A stretch of DNA of 35,048 nucleotides, from contig MNZY01000241.1 of assembly GCA_001873845.1 (NCBI GenBank), forward strand, positions 1 through 35,048, read 5' to 3'. The notes beneath the pieces were generated by a model. The model was not told the origin of the DNA. It was given only the letters and a program-made list of their open reading frames with translations, and made no database searches. The translations under genes were made by a program, and so were the position numbers. Numbering within the stretch: position 1 is the first letter of the stretch; each line of letters begins with the position of its first letter. Below are positions 10,956-21,900 of this stretch, one piece after another. Source of the DNA: Candidatus Altarchaeum sp. CG2_30_32_3053. GTDB taxonomy: Archaea > Altiarchaeota > Altiarchaeia > Altiarchaeales > Altiarchaeaceae.

Positions 10956-11116
10956 GGTGCTCATCCCTTTAAATTAACCTCATTTGGGAGGTATTTTTTA
11001 AAAATCCACTTAAAGATTATATTTTTAAGCATGTTTTAGGATTTATAGAGGAAAATATTAGAAATATTAGTAAAAAAACAAATATATAATTATCCCAATT
11101 TTAGTGGGTCAGCACC
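10956..11116. mobile_element. 161-bp MITE with GGTGCT(C/G)A(T/C)CC termini (IS1-like by resemblance)
   Basis: Left end GGTGCTCATCCC, right end GTGGGTCAGCACC. Flanks TAAAATTT / GAAAATTA may be a degenerate 8-bp TSD. The right end recurs, inverted, at 30443-30474. Confidence 0.7.
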
Positions 11117-11246
11117 GAAAATTAAACGAATTTTTAAAAATACATACATTTTAAAATTTAAAATAAGTTGCTCGCAATGTCGTTCGTGTATTTCAAACAA
11201 AGTTTGAGATCGATTCGCTTTCATATTTTTAAAAAAGTGTTTTAAA

Positions 11247-12668
11247 ATGAATGAAAACCTAAAAGAGGCGTGCGGAATTTTCGGAATTGCGGGAAAAGAA
11301 AATACAAATATTTACAGTAAAATTTATTACGGACTTTTTGCCCTTCAGCATCGCGGGCAGGAATCAGCGGGGATAGCGGGAGCAATGGTTAATGCAAACG
11401 GCTTTAAGCAGAAAGGAATAGTTAAAGATATGGGCATTGTGCCTGAAGCACTGCGAAATAAATTTGTTGAAGGAAATTTTGGAATTGGGCATGTCAGATA
11501 TTCAACAACGGGTTCATCATCCATTGAAAATTCCCAGCCGATTCAGATAAAGTGCAACGATGAAATTTTTGCAATTGCACACAATGGAAATATCGTAAAT
11601 ACTGCTGAAATCAAACAAAAGTTAAGGGTTGCGACATTTCTCACGACAAGTGACAGCGAGGTTATTGCAAATTTAATTGCACATCATTATGTGTCAGGCA
11701 AAAATTTTCTGGAATGTCTGAAACAGGCAATGAAAGAAATTGTGGGTTCTTATTGTCTGGTAATCCTGTATCAAAACAAAATTATCGCCGTGAGAGACCC
11801 AAACGGATTCAGACCTTTGGTTATCGGAAAGAACGAAGACGAAGAAGGCGAAATTTGTGTTGCATCGGAAACATGCGCATTGGACGCAATTGGTTTTTCA
11901 TACATGCGGGATGTTGAACCTGGAGAAATTTTTGTTGCAGAGTATGCAAAGGGCATGAAAATTTCATCATCAACATATTCTGTATTAAAGGATAAAATTT
12001 CCTACTGTATGTTTGAATATGTTTATTTTGCAAGGGCGGACAGTGTTATTAATAACGCATCCGTTTATCAGGTCAGGAAAGAAATGGGAAAAATTCTGGC
12101 AAGCGAAAGTTATGTTGATGCAGATATTGTAATTCCGGTTCCTGATTCCGGGATTACTGCTGCAATCGGATACGCAGAATGGTGCATTGAACATAGTAAG
12201 CGAATTTGCTACAGCGAAGGTCTTATGAAAAACAGATATGTGGGAAGGACATTTATTCTTCCAAATCAGGCAGACAGAGAGAAGGAATTATGCACAAAGT
12301 TAAATCCTATAAAAACAGAGATTGACGGAAAGAGAATCGTGCTTATTGATGATTCCATTGTCAGAGGAACCACTATAAAACGGCTCATAAAAATTTTAAG
12401 AGATAAAGGAGCAAAAGAGGTTCATATAAGGGTCTCGTGTCCGCCAATAAAATTTACGTGCAAATTTGGAATAGATATGCAGACGGCAAAGGAATTTATA
12501 GCAAGAGATAAGAGTATTGATGAAATTGCAGCATTGATAGGGGCGGATTCTTTGCAGTATATAAGTAGGGATGGCTTAGTCAAGGCAATCGGAACGGAAA
12601 ATTTATGCTATGCGTGCCTGACGGGAATTTCTCCTGTAACTGAAAAGCAGACGAAACTGATAGAGTGA
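11247..12668 (+). CDS. purF: Amidophosphoribosyltransferase
   Basis: Short propeptide then CGIFG; LQHRGQESAG, GHVRYST, HNGN, VLIDDSIVRGTT; Fe-S cysteines CMFEY, CPP and CYAC. Confidence 0.98.
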   Translation: MNENLKEACGIFGIAGKENTNIYSKIYYGLFALQHRGQESAGIAGAMVNANGFKQKGIVKDMGIVPEALRNKFVEGNFGIGHVRYSTTGSSSIENSQPIQIKCNDEIFAIAHNGNIVNTAEIKQKLRVATFLTTSDSEVIANLIAHHYVSGKNFLECLKQAMKEIVGSYCLVILYQNKIIAVRDPNGFRPLVIGKNEDEEGEICVASETCALDAIGFSYMRDVEPGEIFVAEYAKGMKISSSTYSVLKDKISYCMFEYVYFARADSVINNASVYQVRKEMGKILASESYVDADIVIPVPDSGITAAIGYAEWCIEHSKRICYSEGLMKNRYVGRTFILPNQADREKELCTKLNPIKTEIDGKRIVLIDDSIVRGTTIKRLIKILRDKGAKEVHIRVSCPPIKFTCKFGIDMQTAKEFIARDKSIDEIAALIGADSLQYISRDGLVKAIGTENLCYACLTGISPVTEKQTKLIE

Positions 12669-12979
12669 AATTTAATGTTTTTTATTTATTTGCATTGAAT
12701 CCTTATTAATGATAGGGTTGTTGCAAAGGCCCTTATTTTTAAGTTTGTGGCAATTGATAAAAACCCTGAAAATTTATACCCTTGTTACAATATTGGATAT
12801 AAGGGCATAACTTTTATGTAATAAAGAGCCTGACATACTTTGAAGATGCAGAGAAGACATAAATCCAAAAGTGTTAAAGAAACGTACCCGGGATGAAGTA
12901 AAGCAATTCATACAATCAAAAGTGCGGGAATATATGTAATCTCAAAGTAATCCGGATTAAAACGCCTGAAATTTAAAAT

Positions 12980-14989
12980 TTACCCATAAACCACATCACC
13001 AAGCATCTTTTCTTCTTCATCCCTTTTGTATTGTGTCCATCCGATAAAAATCCTGACAACAATACTAGTCAGAATTAAAATAACAATCGCCCCGTAAACC
13101 ATAAAGAATGCACTGACTATGTTTTTTTCGGTTTTCAAATCGTCTGATTTTTTCTCATAAATTTTTGCTTCGCCTGTCTCACCTGCGGCATCGTAAAATT
13201 TAATCAAATTTTCATAAATTTTTTCATTCTCATCATACTTTGTAATTACATAATCATAAGCAAACGGATTGAGCAATATTCTTCCTGTTCCAACGACAAA
13301 AGTGTTTTCTTCTATTTCATTTCTTACATTTTCTGCATCGTCTTTTAATTTTGATGCCTTTGTTATTGCCTGTATGTATTTTTCCTCGCAAATTTTTTGT
13401 TCGGGAAGTTCCTGGCCGTAAATTTCCCCAATTTTTTTGGATAAAACCGCACATCTTTTATAGTCTTCTTTTTTATAAATTTCCAGATTTTTTCTTATAT
13501 TTTCAACTTCTGCATCTATTTCGCTTTTTTCTATGTTTCTCGCATAATTTAAAATTTTTGTTGCTTTGTCAAGCAGTTCGCCTGCTGTTATCAGTTTCTT
13601 TGCCATTTCTATCTTATTTATGCTTCTTTTGATGGCTGAAATATGAGATAATTTTTCACCGAGAGCATCTGTATTTTTCATTGCTGAAATTTCAAAAATC
13701 AGTGTTTTGGATGCGGAAAAAATATACATCGTTCCTGCAAGGTCTTTTAAATTTTGCTTTTCGGTTGATGTTTTAGCACCTTCAAGCATCAAAATTAAAT
13801 TTTCCGATATTTCACTTTTTGGCATATTTTTTGCCTCTGCAATTGATTCGTCAAGTGACGGAAAATAAACTAATGTGTTTGTAGAAAATTCATTGCTTCC
13901 TGCATAAATTGTTCTTATTTTAAATTTCCACTCTCGTTTTCCTAATTTAGCATCTTCCGGAAGTGAAATTTTAAATGTGAAATTTTCAGATGAATTTGGC
14001 TTCACATAATCAATTGCAGGCAGAGTTATCCACCCATCTTCTCCGGATATTTTTTCAATTGCTATTCCTTCAATCGGAGTATATTCGCCGATTTCTTCAA
14101 TACGCAGTGATTTCTCTAAAGTATTTTTGCCTTCTGAAAATGTTAATGACTCAAAATCAATATTTTCTGATATTCTCATTACCGGATATGGAACTTCATA
14201 CATGAAGAGGTAGTCCACATTGTCTTCCGGTTTATTGTTTGTTGCTTTTGTCCGCGTGTTTAAGGTATAATTTCCGGGAACTAAATTTCTTTCAGGAACT
14301 GCAATAATAATTTGTTTTGAATCGCTTTTTCCTGCATCTATTTGCTTAAAGTAGAACGGAGGAGATTGTCCTTTTTCATCCTTTATATCCAAAAATATTG
14401 GTTTTTCTTCTTCAAGCGGCTTAATCTCAACAGTAACATACTTTGCTGGCTTATACCCCATAATCTCCTCTATAATAATGTTTCTGCTATACTTTTCACC
14501 TGCTTTAGCCTTTCTTATGTCGTTATCCCATTTTACCCACAATTGCGGCGGAGGATAAATAACATTTATTGTTGCCGTAAGAGAGACAGTAAAAAAATTA
14601 TTTCCGAATACATTCGCTTTACAGGTATATTTTCCTTCCGGTTGTGATGACGGAACTTCAAAATCAATGCCAATAGTTTCAGTTGTATTTTTTGAAAGTG
14701 TAACTGGTGACATAGATACTACTATATTTCCGCATCCAACACCAGTTGCATTCAATGTGACGCTAAAATTTGCATCATTTGTAACCTGCACGCTGTAACT
14801 TTCTGAAAACGAACTCGTCTTACTTTTTGGCTCATCAAACAATATTTCAAGTGTAAATGTTGTCGGGGTCATACTTATTGCCTGAACATTTGAAATTAAA
14901 GCAACCGTAATTATGCAAATACAAATACAAAAAATGCAGAATATTCCTGATTTATGCGATTTATGCATATTATGTTGGAAATTCATCAT
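12980..14989 (-). CDS. Large secreted, C-terminally membrane-anchored surface protein with Ig-like beta repeats and a helical stalk; start re-assigned to ATG 14989 or a slightly later ATG
   Basis: Signal peptide ending NVQA; repeated beta-rich segments (VPSSQPEGKYT, VPERNLVPGNYT, LPEDAKLG); C-terminal TM. The ORF-track start at 15046 lies inside a MITE. Confidence 0.75.
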   Translation of the reverse strand: MMNFQHNMHKSHKSGIFCIFCICICIITVALISNVQAISMTPTTFTLEILFDEPKSKTSSFSESYSVQVTNDANFSVTLNATGVGCGNIVVSMSPVTLSKNTTETIGIDFEVPSSQPEGKYTCKANVFGNNFFTVSLTATINVIYPPPQLWVKWDNDIRKAKAGEKYSRNIIIEEIMGYKPAKYVTVEIKPLEEEKPIFLDIKDEKGQSPPFYFKQIDAGKSDSKQIIIAVPERNLVPGNYTLNTRTKATNNKPEDNVDYLFMYEVPYPVMRISENIDFESLTFSEGKNTLEKSLRIEEIGEYTPIEGIAIEKISGEDGWITLPAIDYVKPNSSENFTFKISLPEDAKLGKREWKFKIRTIYAGSNEFSTNTLVYFPSLDESIAEAKNMPKSEISENLILMLEGAKTSTEKQNLKDLAGTMYIFSASKTLIFEISAMKNTDALGEKLSHISAIKRSINKIEMAKKLITAGELLDKATKILNYARNIEKSEIDAEVENIRKNLEIYKKEDYKRCAVLSKKIGEIYGQELPEQKICEEKYIQAITKASKLKDDAENVRNEIEENTFVVGTGRILLNPFAYDYVITKYDENEKIYENLIKFYDAAGETGEAKIYEKKSDDLKTEKNIVSAFFMVYGAIVILILTSIVVRIFIGWTQYKRDEEEKMLGDVVYG

Positions 14990-14994
14990 TAAAA

Positions 14995-15154
14995 CCTGAG
15001 TTTCCCACCCCAGCGTAAAAGTTTGGGCGTAATTTTTAAATCCCAAAGATTTAAAAAGATACGAACGAAGTGAGCGTATTTTTGTTGTTAAGTATAATTA
15101 ATTTTGTAAATTTTTAAAATTACCCGTAAATTTTTTGATGGTGGGAAAGATGGG
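14995..15154. mobile_element. 160-bp MITE with IS1634-like TIRs and a 6-bp TSD (TTAAAA)
   Basis: Left CCTGAGTTTCCCACC, right GGTGGGAAAGATGGG; TTAAAA at 14989-14994 and 15155-15160. Confidence 0.85.
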
Positions 15155-15170
15155 TTAAAAACCAGATTTA

Positions 15171-15215
15171 ATTAATGTAAAAATTAAATGTAAAAATTAA
15201 ATGTAAAAATTAAAT
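15171..15215. repeat. 13-bp tandem repeat AATTAAATGTAAA, about 3 copies
   Basis: Seen directly. Confidence 0.8.
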
Positions 15216-15338
15216 TTGGATAAAATTAAAGATAATAAGATAAATAACAGGATAAAATAACAATATAAAATAACAGGATAAATCTTAAACTGGCTCAAAA
15301 CAGGATAGAATAGTTTTTCCAGTTAATCCCGCACAAAT

Positions 15339-15758
15339 TCAAAGCATATCTTTCCGGACAATAAACCCATCTTTTGTCACGACCAGGTTATTTAGCGGAT
15401 TTTGTTCATGTATTTTTTGCGATATGTATTCAGGATTGAAGAAGTCAATCTTAAACATTTTACATAGTTCGCCTGCCTTGTTCCCGACGGTGCTTTTTGA
15501 AACATCAAAAAATGAGGACAACAAATCCATACCGATACCTTCTTCACTTTTGAAGTTCGCACGGCAAAAAGCCCATATTATAGAAGCCGCCCAGATATTG
15601 GACTTTGTTCTCGTAATGTCTATTTTCTGCTTTCGCGATAATTTTTCCAAGATGTGCAGACAAATTCCTTTTTCCTCTTTTGTCAGATTGTCTTTAGCAA
15701 AATCAATTATGAGGTCCCTGATTTCCTTTATTTTTATATTTTTCTTTTCAGCATCCAT
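15339..15758 (-). CDS. DUF6398-like protein
   Basis: WAASIIWAFCRANF ... FDVSKSTVGNKA ... NPL pattern. Confidence 0.65.
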   Translation of the reverse strand: MDAEKKNIKIKEIRDLIIDFAKDNLTKEEKGICLHILEKLSRKQKIDITRTKSNIWAASIIWAFCRANFKSEEGIGMDLLSSFFDVSKSTVGNKAGELCKMFKIDFFNPEYISQKIHEQNPLNNLVVTKDGFIVRKDML

Positions 15759-15892
15759 TTTTCATTGATTTTATCTGATTTTTTTCATTTAATTTTATTT
15801 TATGCCTTTATAGTCCTAATTATAATTACAATTATATCCAATTATAATTACAATCGCATCTTAATAAATTTATTAAATTTATCCGTTAAAAA

Positions 15893-17236
15893 ATGGCAGA
15901 TACAAATATGGATGCCCATACAGACACAAATATTAGAGAAAAAATTAAAGAGACATACGTTGTGCTTATAGTGGGGGGAGAAGGAACAAGGATGTATCCT
16001 TTAACATTAAATTGCCCGAAGCCGCTGATTGATATGTGCAACTATCCCATAATAAAACGCATATCTGAAATTTTTATCGTGCAGGGATGCAGAAAATTTA
16101 TTTTTGCGAGCAAAGGCTACGAAAATAATGTGCGAATTAAAGAGGTTATGGGTTTGGGAAGGGATTTAGTAAAGAGGATGCAATCCCGCAATATTGAAAT
16201 TTCTGACCTTGAATTTAACTATACTCCGAAATACGATGACAAAGGAAGCGCCGATGCAACGAGATTTGCTGCAAAATTTTTTAATGTCCGGACAGATATG
16301 ATCATAGTCGGCGGTGATCAGATAATGGACATAAATATTGACTCTATGTTAAAATTTCATTATGAAAAAAATGCACTGATGACAATCGGATTGTTAAAGG
16401 TTGATGATGTTTCCCAGTACGGTGTTGTTGAATTAAATGAGAATGGAAAGATTGTGAAATTTGTTGAAAAACCAAAACAAAATGAGACCAAAAGCAATCT
16501 GGCAAATATTGGAGTTTACATATTGTCGCCAAAAATAAGGGAAATTTTTGAAAAGGAAGATGCTGCTGACAAAATTAAGGACTTTGGAAAGGATCTAATT
16601 CCTTATTTAGTCAATAATAATTATGAAATTTACGGGTTTTCGCACGAATATTACTGGAACGATGTGGGAACGCCCGACAGATATTTACAGACGACAGCAG
16701 ATATTCTTAATGGAAAATTAAGGAATATAAAATTTAACAAAAACGAGGAAAGGCATGATGGAATTTGGATAAAGGAAGATACATACAACCGACTTATGTT
16801 TAAAATAAAAAATAAAAAAATTTTACTGCAAAAGCCGCTTCGCATAGGAAAAAACTGTGATATTTATGAAAATGTAACTATTGAAAATTCAGTAATAGGC
16901 GATTCGGTTATTATCCGTAATGGCTGTAAAATAGCAAACGCAGTTATCTGTGATTTTACTTATATTGGTGAAAATTGCACGGTTAATAAATGTATTATTG
17001 GAATGCACACAACAATTGGCAAAAACAGCAGGATAGATGCCGATGTCAATGAATTTGTAGCAACAAAATCAAGAATACCTGTAATTGGTGATGATGTTGA
17101 AATTTATCCGAATTCATTAATAGGCCCGGGAAAGAGGGTGGCAAACATATATAATGCTCATAAAGTTCTTGCAACAGGAAAATTTAGTACATTAGGAATG
17201 GATGCAAAGAGTGTATATTTTATTGAGAAAGAGTAA
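15893..17236 (+). CDS. Sugar-phosphate nucleotidyltransferase (NDP-sugar synthase; GlgC/Mpg-like) with a hexapeptide-repeat C-terminus
   Basis: GGEGTRMYPLT, PKPL, FVEKP, DFGKDLIP and YWNDVGT motifs; left-handed beta-helix repeats. Confidence 0.88.
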   Translation: MADTNMDAHTDTNIREKIKETYVVLIVGGEGTRMYPLTLNCPKPLIDMCNYPIIKRISEIFIVQGCRKFIFASKGYENNVRIKEVMGLGRDLVKRMQSRNIEISDLEFNYTPKYDDKGSADATRFAAKFFNVRTDMIIVGGDQIMDINIDSMLKFHYEKNALMTIGLLKVDDVSQYGVVELNENGKIVKFVEKPKQNETKSNLANIGVYILSPKIREIFEKEDAADKIKDFGKDLIPYLVNNNYEIYGFSHEYYWNDVGTPDRYLQTTADILNGKLRNIKFNKNEERHDGIWIKEDTYNRLMFKIKNKKILLQKPLRIGKNCDIYENVTIENSVIGDSVIIRNGCKIANAVICDFTYIGENCTVNKCIIGMHTTIGKNSRIDADVNEFVATKSRIPVIGDDVEIYPNSLIGPGKRVANIYNAHKVLATGKFSTLGMDAKSVYFIEKE

Positions 17237-17307
17237 AAACATGATAAATTAACCAAAATGTATATTTTATTGAGAAAGAGTAAAAACATGATAAATTAAC
17301 TAAAATG
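17212..17307. repeat. 47-bp tandem duplication containing the last codons and stop of the nucleotidyltransferase gene
   Basis: TGTATATTTTATTGAGAAAGAGTAAAAACATGATAAATTAAC(C/T)AAAA starts at 17212 and 17259. Confidence 0.92.
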
Positions 17308-17332
17308 ATAAAACATAAACATAATAATTAAA

Positions 17333-17390
17333 AATAATAATTATGCTATGAATAATAAATGAATAATAATTATGCTATGAATAATAAATT
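17333..17390. repeat. 29-bp tandem duplication upstream of fwdC
   Basis: AATAATAATTATGCTATGAATAATAAAT(G/T) x2. Confidence 0.85.
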
Positions 17391-17435
17391 ATACTATGAA
17401 TACTATGATAATTATCAAAGTTTTAACAATTCAAA

Positions 17436-18278
17436 ATGATAAAATTAATTCCGAAATTTAGCACGACAATACCTGTATTTGCAGAGAATATATCTCCTGA
17501 CAAATTTTCTGGAAAAAGTGATGACGAAATCAAAAATATTGAAATTTTTTATGGAAACCAGAAGAAAATTTTGTCTGATTTGTTTGAAATTTATGATGAT
17601 AGTAATAGCAGGGGGAACAATGAAAGCAACGAAGAAATTTTAATCGCCGGTGATGTGTCAATGGTAAGAGAAATTGGAAAGGGAATGACAAAAGGAAAAA
17701 TTACAATTAACGGAAATGCGGGGATGCATCTGGGAGCATATATGGAAGGAGGAATAATTGAAGTTCAAGGAAATACTGATGACTGGCTTGGGGCAGAGAT
17801 GAATGGAGGACTGATAAAAGTCAGCGAAAATACAGGAAATTTTGCAGGCGGGGCATATTATGGAAGTGTTAAAGGCATGGAAGGAGGAATAATAGTTATT
17901 GAAGGAAATGCCGGCAATGAAGCCGGAAGATTTATGACATTGGGAACAATTGTTATTAAAGGAAACGCTGGAAATTTTGCAGGCGTTCATATAAAAGGAG
18001 GCACAATATTTGTATTTGGAAATTTAGGTGGAAGGGCAGGAGCAGAGATGCATGACGGGACTATTGTGACAATGTGTCCTGATTCTAATTCATCCGGTTT
18101 ACTTCTTCCGACATTTAAATCAAACACAATTGCAAAATTTTCGTTTATATATTTATTTTTAACTGAATTAAGGAATTGCGGCATTCAGATAGAGGATAAA
18201 TTTTTTGGAAATTACGAACGGTTTAGCGGGGATTTCGCCGAACAGGGAAAAGGTGAAATTTTTTTATTCAGGGGATAG
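17436..18278 (+). CDS. fwdC: Formylmethanofuran dehydrogenase subunit C
   Basis: AENISPD, GN...LSDLFE, repeated GxxMxGGxIxIxG beta-helix units, LLPTF and GDFAEQGKGEI. Confidence 0.93.
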   Translation: MIKLIPKFSTTIPVFAENISPDKFSGKSDDEIKNIEIFYGNQKKILSDLFEIYDDSNSRGNNESNEEILIAGDVSMVREIGKGMTKGKITINGNAGMHLGAYMEGGIIEVQGNTDDWLGAEMNGGLIKVSENTGNFAGGAYYGSVKGMEGGIIVIEGNAGNEAGRFMTLGTIVIKGNAGNFAGVHIKGGTIFVFGNLGGRAGAEMHDGTIVTMCPDSNSSGLLLPTFKSNTIAKFSFIYLFLTELRNCGIQIEDKFFGNYERFSGDFAEQGKGEIFLFRG

Positions 18279-18404
18279 AAATTTTTGTTTTAGGAGTTAT
18301 TTTTCAGTATTTATTTATATTTCTTTCTAATTAATAAACCCTAAAAATTAAACCCTAAAAATTAAAGTTATAAATTTAAATAGTTAAAATTTTAAACCCT
18401 TAAA

Positions 18405-18728
18405 TTGGTATCGCATATTTTAATTCCAAAACATGAAGTAATGGCAGATGACGAAGTTGAAGAACTATTAAAAAAATACAATATAACAAAAGACAAACTC
18501 CCAAAAATTTATGAATTTGATGCGGCAATATCCGGATTAAATCCGGAGCCAAAACCGGGCGAAGTAATAAAAATACTGCGAAAAAGCCCTACAGCAGGAA
18601 ATATCTTCTATTATAGAGTTGTAGTTCCGGGAACATTTCATGAAAAGGGTGCTTCAGAGCGTACTGAAGAGGAAATTGCAGAATACGCTGACGATGTAGG
18701 AGAGGAAGAAGAGGAAATTAATGAGTGA
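18405..18728 (+). CDS. rpoH: DNA-directed RNA polymerase subunit H (Rpo5); TTG start; acidic C-terminal extension
   Basis: HILIPKHE, LPKI and RKSPTAG...YYRVV motifs; precedes rpoB. Confidence 0.95.
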   Translation: MVSHILIPKHEVMADDEVEELLKKYNITKDKLPKIYEFDAAISGLNPEPKPGEVIKILRKSPTAGNIFYYRVVVPGTFHEKGASERTEEEIAEYADDVGEEEEEINE

Positions 18729-18980
18729 TTGATAAGAAGAGAAATTTAAATAATTGCCAGTCACCCATAACCTTAAAATAAATATTAAAATAAATATTAA
18801 AATTTCGTCGGCGTTTTTTATGTTCTTTAATTTTATTCCTGTAAATCAAATATTTTAAGTCAAGTTTATAGTTGATTTGCTAATTTTTTACACCATTCAA
18901 GCAACTTAATAAATACTAAATTGAGTGTAAAATGTAGATAAATTCACTATAATTGTCCCAATAAATAAAAATAAAATAAA

Positions 18981-21900
18981 ATGTTACGGATGACGGATTT
19001 CCTTGATAAGGATACAATAATGAAGTACCAGATTGATTCGTATAACTGGTTAATAGATGAAGGACTTCAGCAGGTAATTAACGAAAGAAAAATTTTACCG
19101 GTAAATATTGAGGGATATACTCTGAACCTGAAAAAAATTAAAGTAGTTCCTTTATGTAAAGAAACAGAGGGCGGATTAAAGAATAGACCGGTTTTGGAGT
19201 ACAGAATTAAAAATATCACCTATCATGCAAGGATGATATTGACTGTTGAGAAGATATCCAAAAAGAAGGACAAATGGGGCAATGAAAAAGAAGAGAGTAG
19301 GGATATAGACATAGTGATCGGACACATTCCCATTATGTTAAAATCAAAGATATGTTTGTTAAACAAATTATCTGATGATAAATTAATTGCAAAGGGAGAG
19401 GATCCTGAGGATCCCGGCGGATATTTTATAATAAATGGAAATGAAAGAGTGCTTATTGGTGTAGAGGATATAGCGCCAAATAAAATAATAGTTACTTTTG
19501 ATGATAATTTAGGAAAAAAGTCCGCCATGGCTAAGGTTTCATCAGTAAGGCACGGTTTTAGATCAAGAACAACTGTAGAAAAACCGGAAAATTATCCATC
19601 TATTTCTGTTTCATTTCCGGGAGCTATAAATGTACCTTTCGGATTTTTATCCCATGCACTGGGATTGACAAATAGTGAAATTATGGAATTGTTTGACGAA
19701 GACACACGAGCAGAAATATTGCCGACATTAACAGAAGAGTCCTCAGATGAGGCATTTAAAAAACTATGCAGGAAAATAAGTTTTGGGCATGCTGAAGAGT
19801 ATCAGGAATTGAGAACAGAACAGACAATAGATAATTTTTTACTCCCACACATCGGAAACAACAGGAAAGACAGAAAGGCAAAAGCAAAATTTCTGGCGAT
19901 TATGGCAAAGAAGGCAATCAGATTATTGCAGAAAAACAGGACAGAAGATGATAAAGATCATTATCAAAATAAAAGAGTCCGGCTTGCCGGGGACCTGCTT
20001 CAGGAATTGTTTAGGGTAAGTTTTAGTATGCTTCTTAAGGATATAAAATACCAGCTTGAAAAACAGTATACTCGAAAGAGAGATGTAAATGTAAGCAACG
20101 CTGTTCGTAGCAGGACAATGGACGAGCGGATAGAATTTGCACTGGCAACAGGTAACTGGACGGGTGGAAGAAGCGGAATAAGTCAGGTCCTTGACAGAAC
20201 TACATTTCTTTCGTCAATTTCACACAGAAGAAGAATATCTCTTTTACTTGAAAAAACAAGACCCCATTTCGAGGCAAGAGATGTTCATGCCACACAATGG
20301 GGGAGGGTTTCTGCCAACGAAACGCCTGAAGGAAAAAACTGCGGACTGGTTAAAAATTTAACCGTCGGGGCAATTGTAAGTAAAGAAAGAGACGATTCTA
20401 AGATAAGAGAAAAATTAGAAAAAATATGTTCTCAAAGTAAATATAACACAGATGTGTATGTTAACGGTGTGCTTATGGGCAGTCATCCGGAGCCGGGAAA
20501 ACTCGTTGAAAATTTAAGGGAAGAAAGAAGAAACGGAAAGATTCCTTATGATACATCTATCGTTTATGAAGAAAAAAACAACGAAGTCCAGATTTATTCT
20601 GATGTCGGAAGGGTAATGAGGCCATTAATTGTAGCTAAAAATTTAGATAAAAAGGCAAATGCAATGATTAAAGATGTGATAGAAAAGAAGGCAAAATTTG
20701 AGAATCTGGTGAATAAGGGGGTTGTAGAGTACCTTGATGCTGCCGAGGAGGAAGAGGCGTATATCGCAATTACCAAAGACAGGCTTACAAAAGAGCACAC
20801 CCATATAGAAATTACGCCGTCTATACTGGTAAGTATTGCAGAAGGTTATATCCCCTTTGCAAATTATAATTCTGCGCCAAGAGTAGAAATGGCATCAGCA
20901 ATGGCAAAACAGGCAGTGGGAATTCCTACTGTATCCTTTCCATCTCGTCTTGACACTTTAATGCATGTTATGGTATATCCTCAAAGACCCATGGTCAGAA
21001 CAGATATTTCAGAAATATTTCACTTTGATAAAATGCCTGCGGGACAAAATTTTGTTGTGGCACTTTTATCTTATAAGGGCTACAACATGGAAGATGCCAT
21101 AGTAATTAATCAGAGTTCAATTGAAAGAGGGATGGGCAGATCAACTTTTTACAGGACATATACTGCTGAAGAAGTTCATTATCACGGCGCCCAGCAGGAT
21201 AGATTTGAGATTCCAAAAGAAGATGTTGAAGGGCATCTGTCAGCAGATGTGTATAAAAATTTGAGCAGTGACGGAATAATACTTCCAGAGACGGAATTTA
21301 AAGGTGAAGATGTGCTCATAGGAAAAACAGCCCCGCCAAGATTTTTGGAAGAAATAAGTATGTTCGGAAGAATTGCCGAGAGAAGAAGAGAGGCATCGGT
21401 AACGGCAAACGAAATGGAAAGCGGATGGGTTGACAGTGTTGTTCTCACAGAGACTGATGAAGGGAATACTATGGTAAAAATCAAAACACGGAGTCCGAAA
21501 ATACCGGAAATCGGAGATAAGATGGCATCAAGATACGGACAAAAAGGAGTTATTGGAATGATTGAAAGGCATGAAGATATGCCGTTTACAAATGAAGGAA
21601 TTGTACCAGATCTTATTATGAATCCACACGCCATACCTTCAAGAACGACTGTCGGGCATCTTATTGAGATGCTTGGGGGAACAGCAGGATGCCTGGATGG
21701 GAGATTCATTGACGGAACAACCTTTGAAAATGAAAAAGAAAAGAATTTAAGAACAATACTGGAAAAATCCGGATTTAAGAACAGCGGAAAGCAGATTTTA
21801 TATGACGGAAGAACAGGAGAAAAAATAGAGGCGGAAATTTTTATAGGGGTCGTTTATTATCAGCGCCTTCATCACATGGTTTCAAATAAAATTCACATCA

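Noticed and set aside
11123-11244. Small element with AAACGAATTTTTAAAAATA / TATTTTTAAAAAAGTGTTT inverted ends around a core-motif variant
   Set aside because: The inverted repeat is almost all A/T with 3 mismatches and no clear TSD; too weak to list as a feature.
14990-15046. ORF-track start of the 688-aa protein
   Set aside because: Lies inside the MITE; the real start is more likely 14989 or later.
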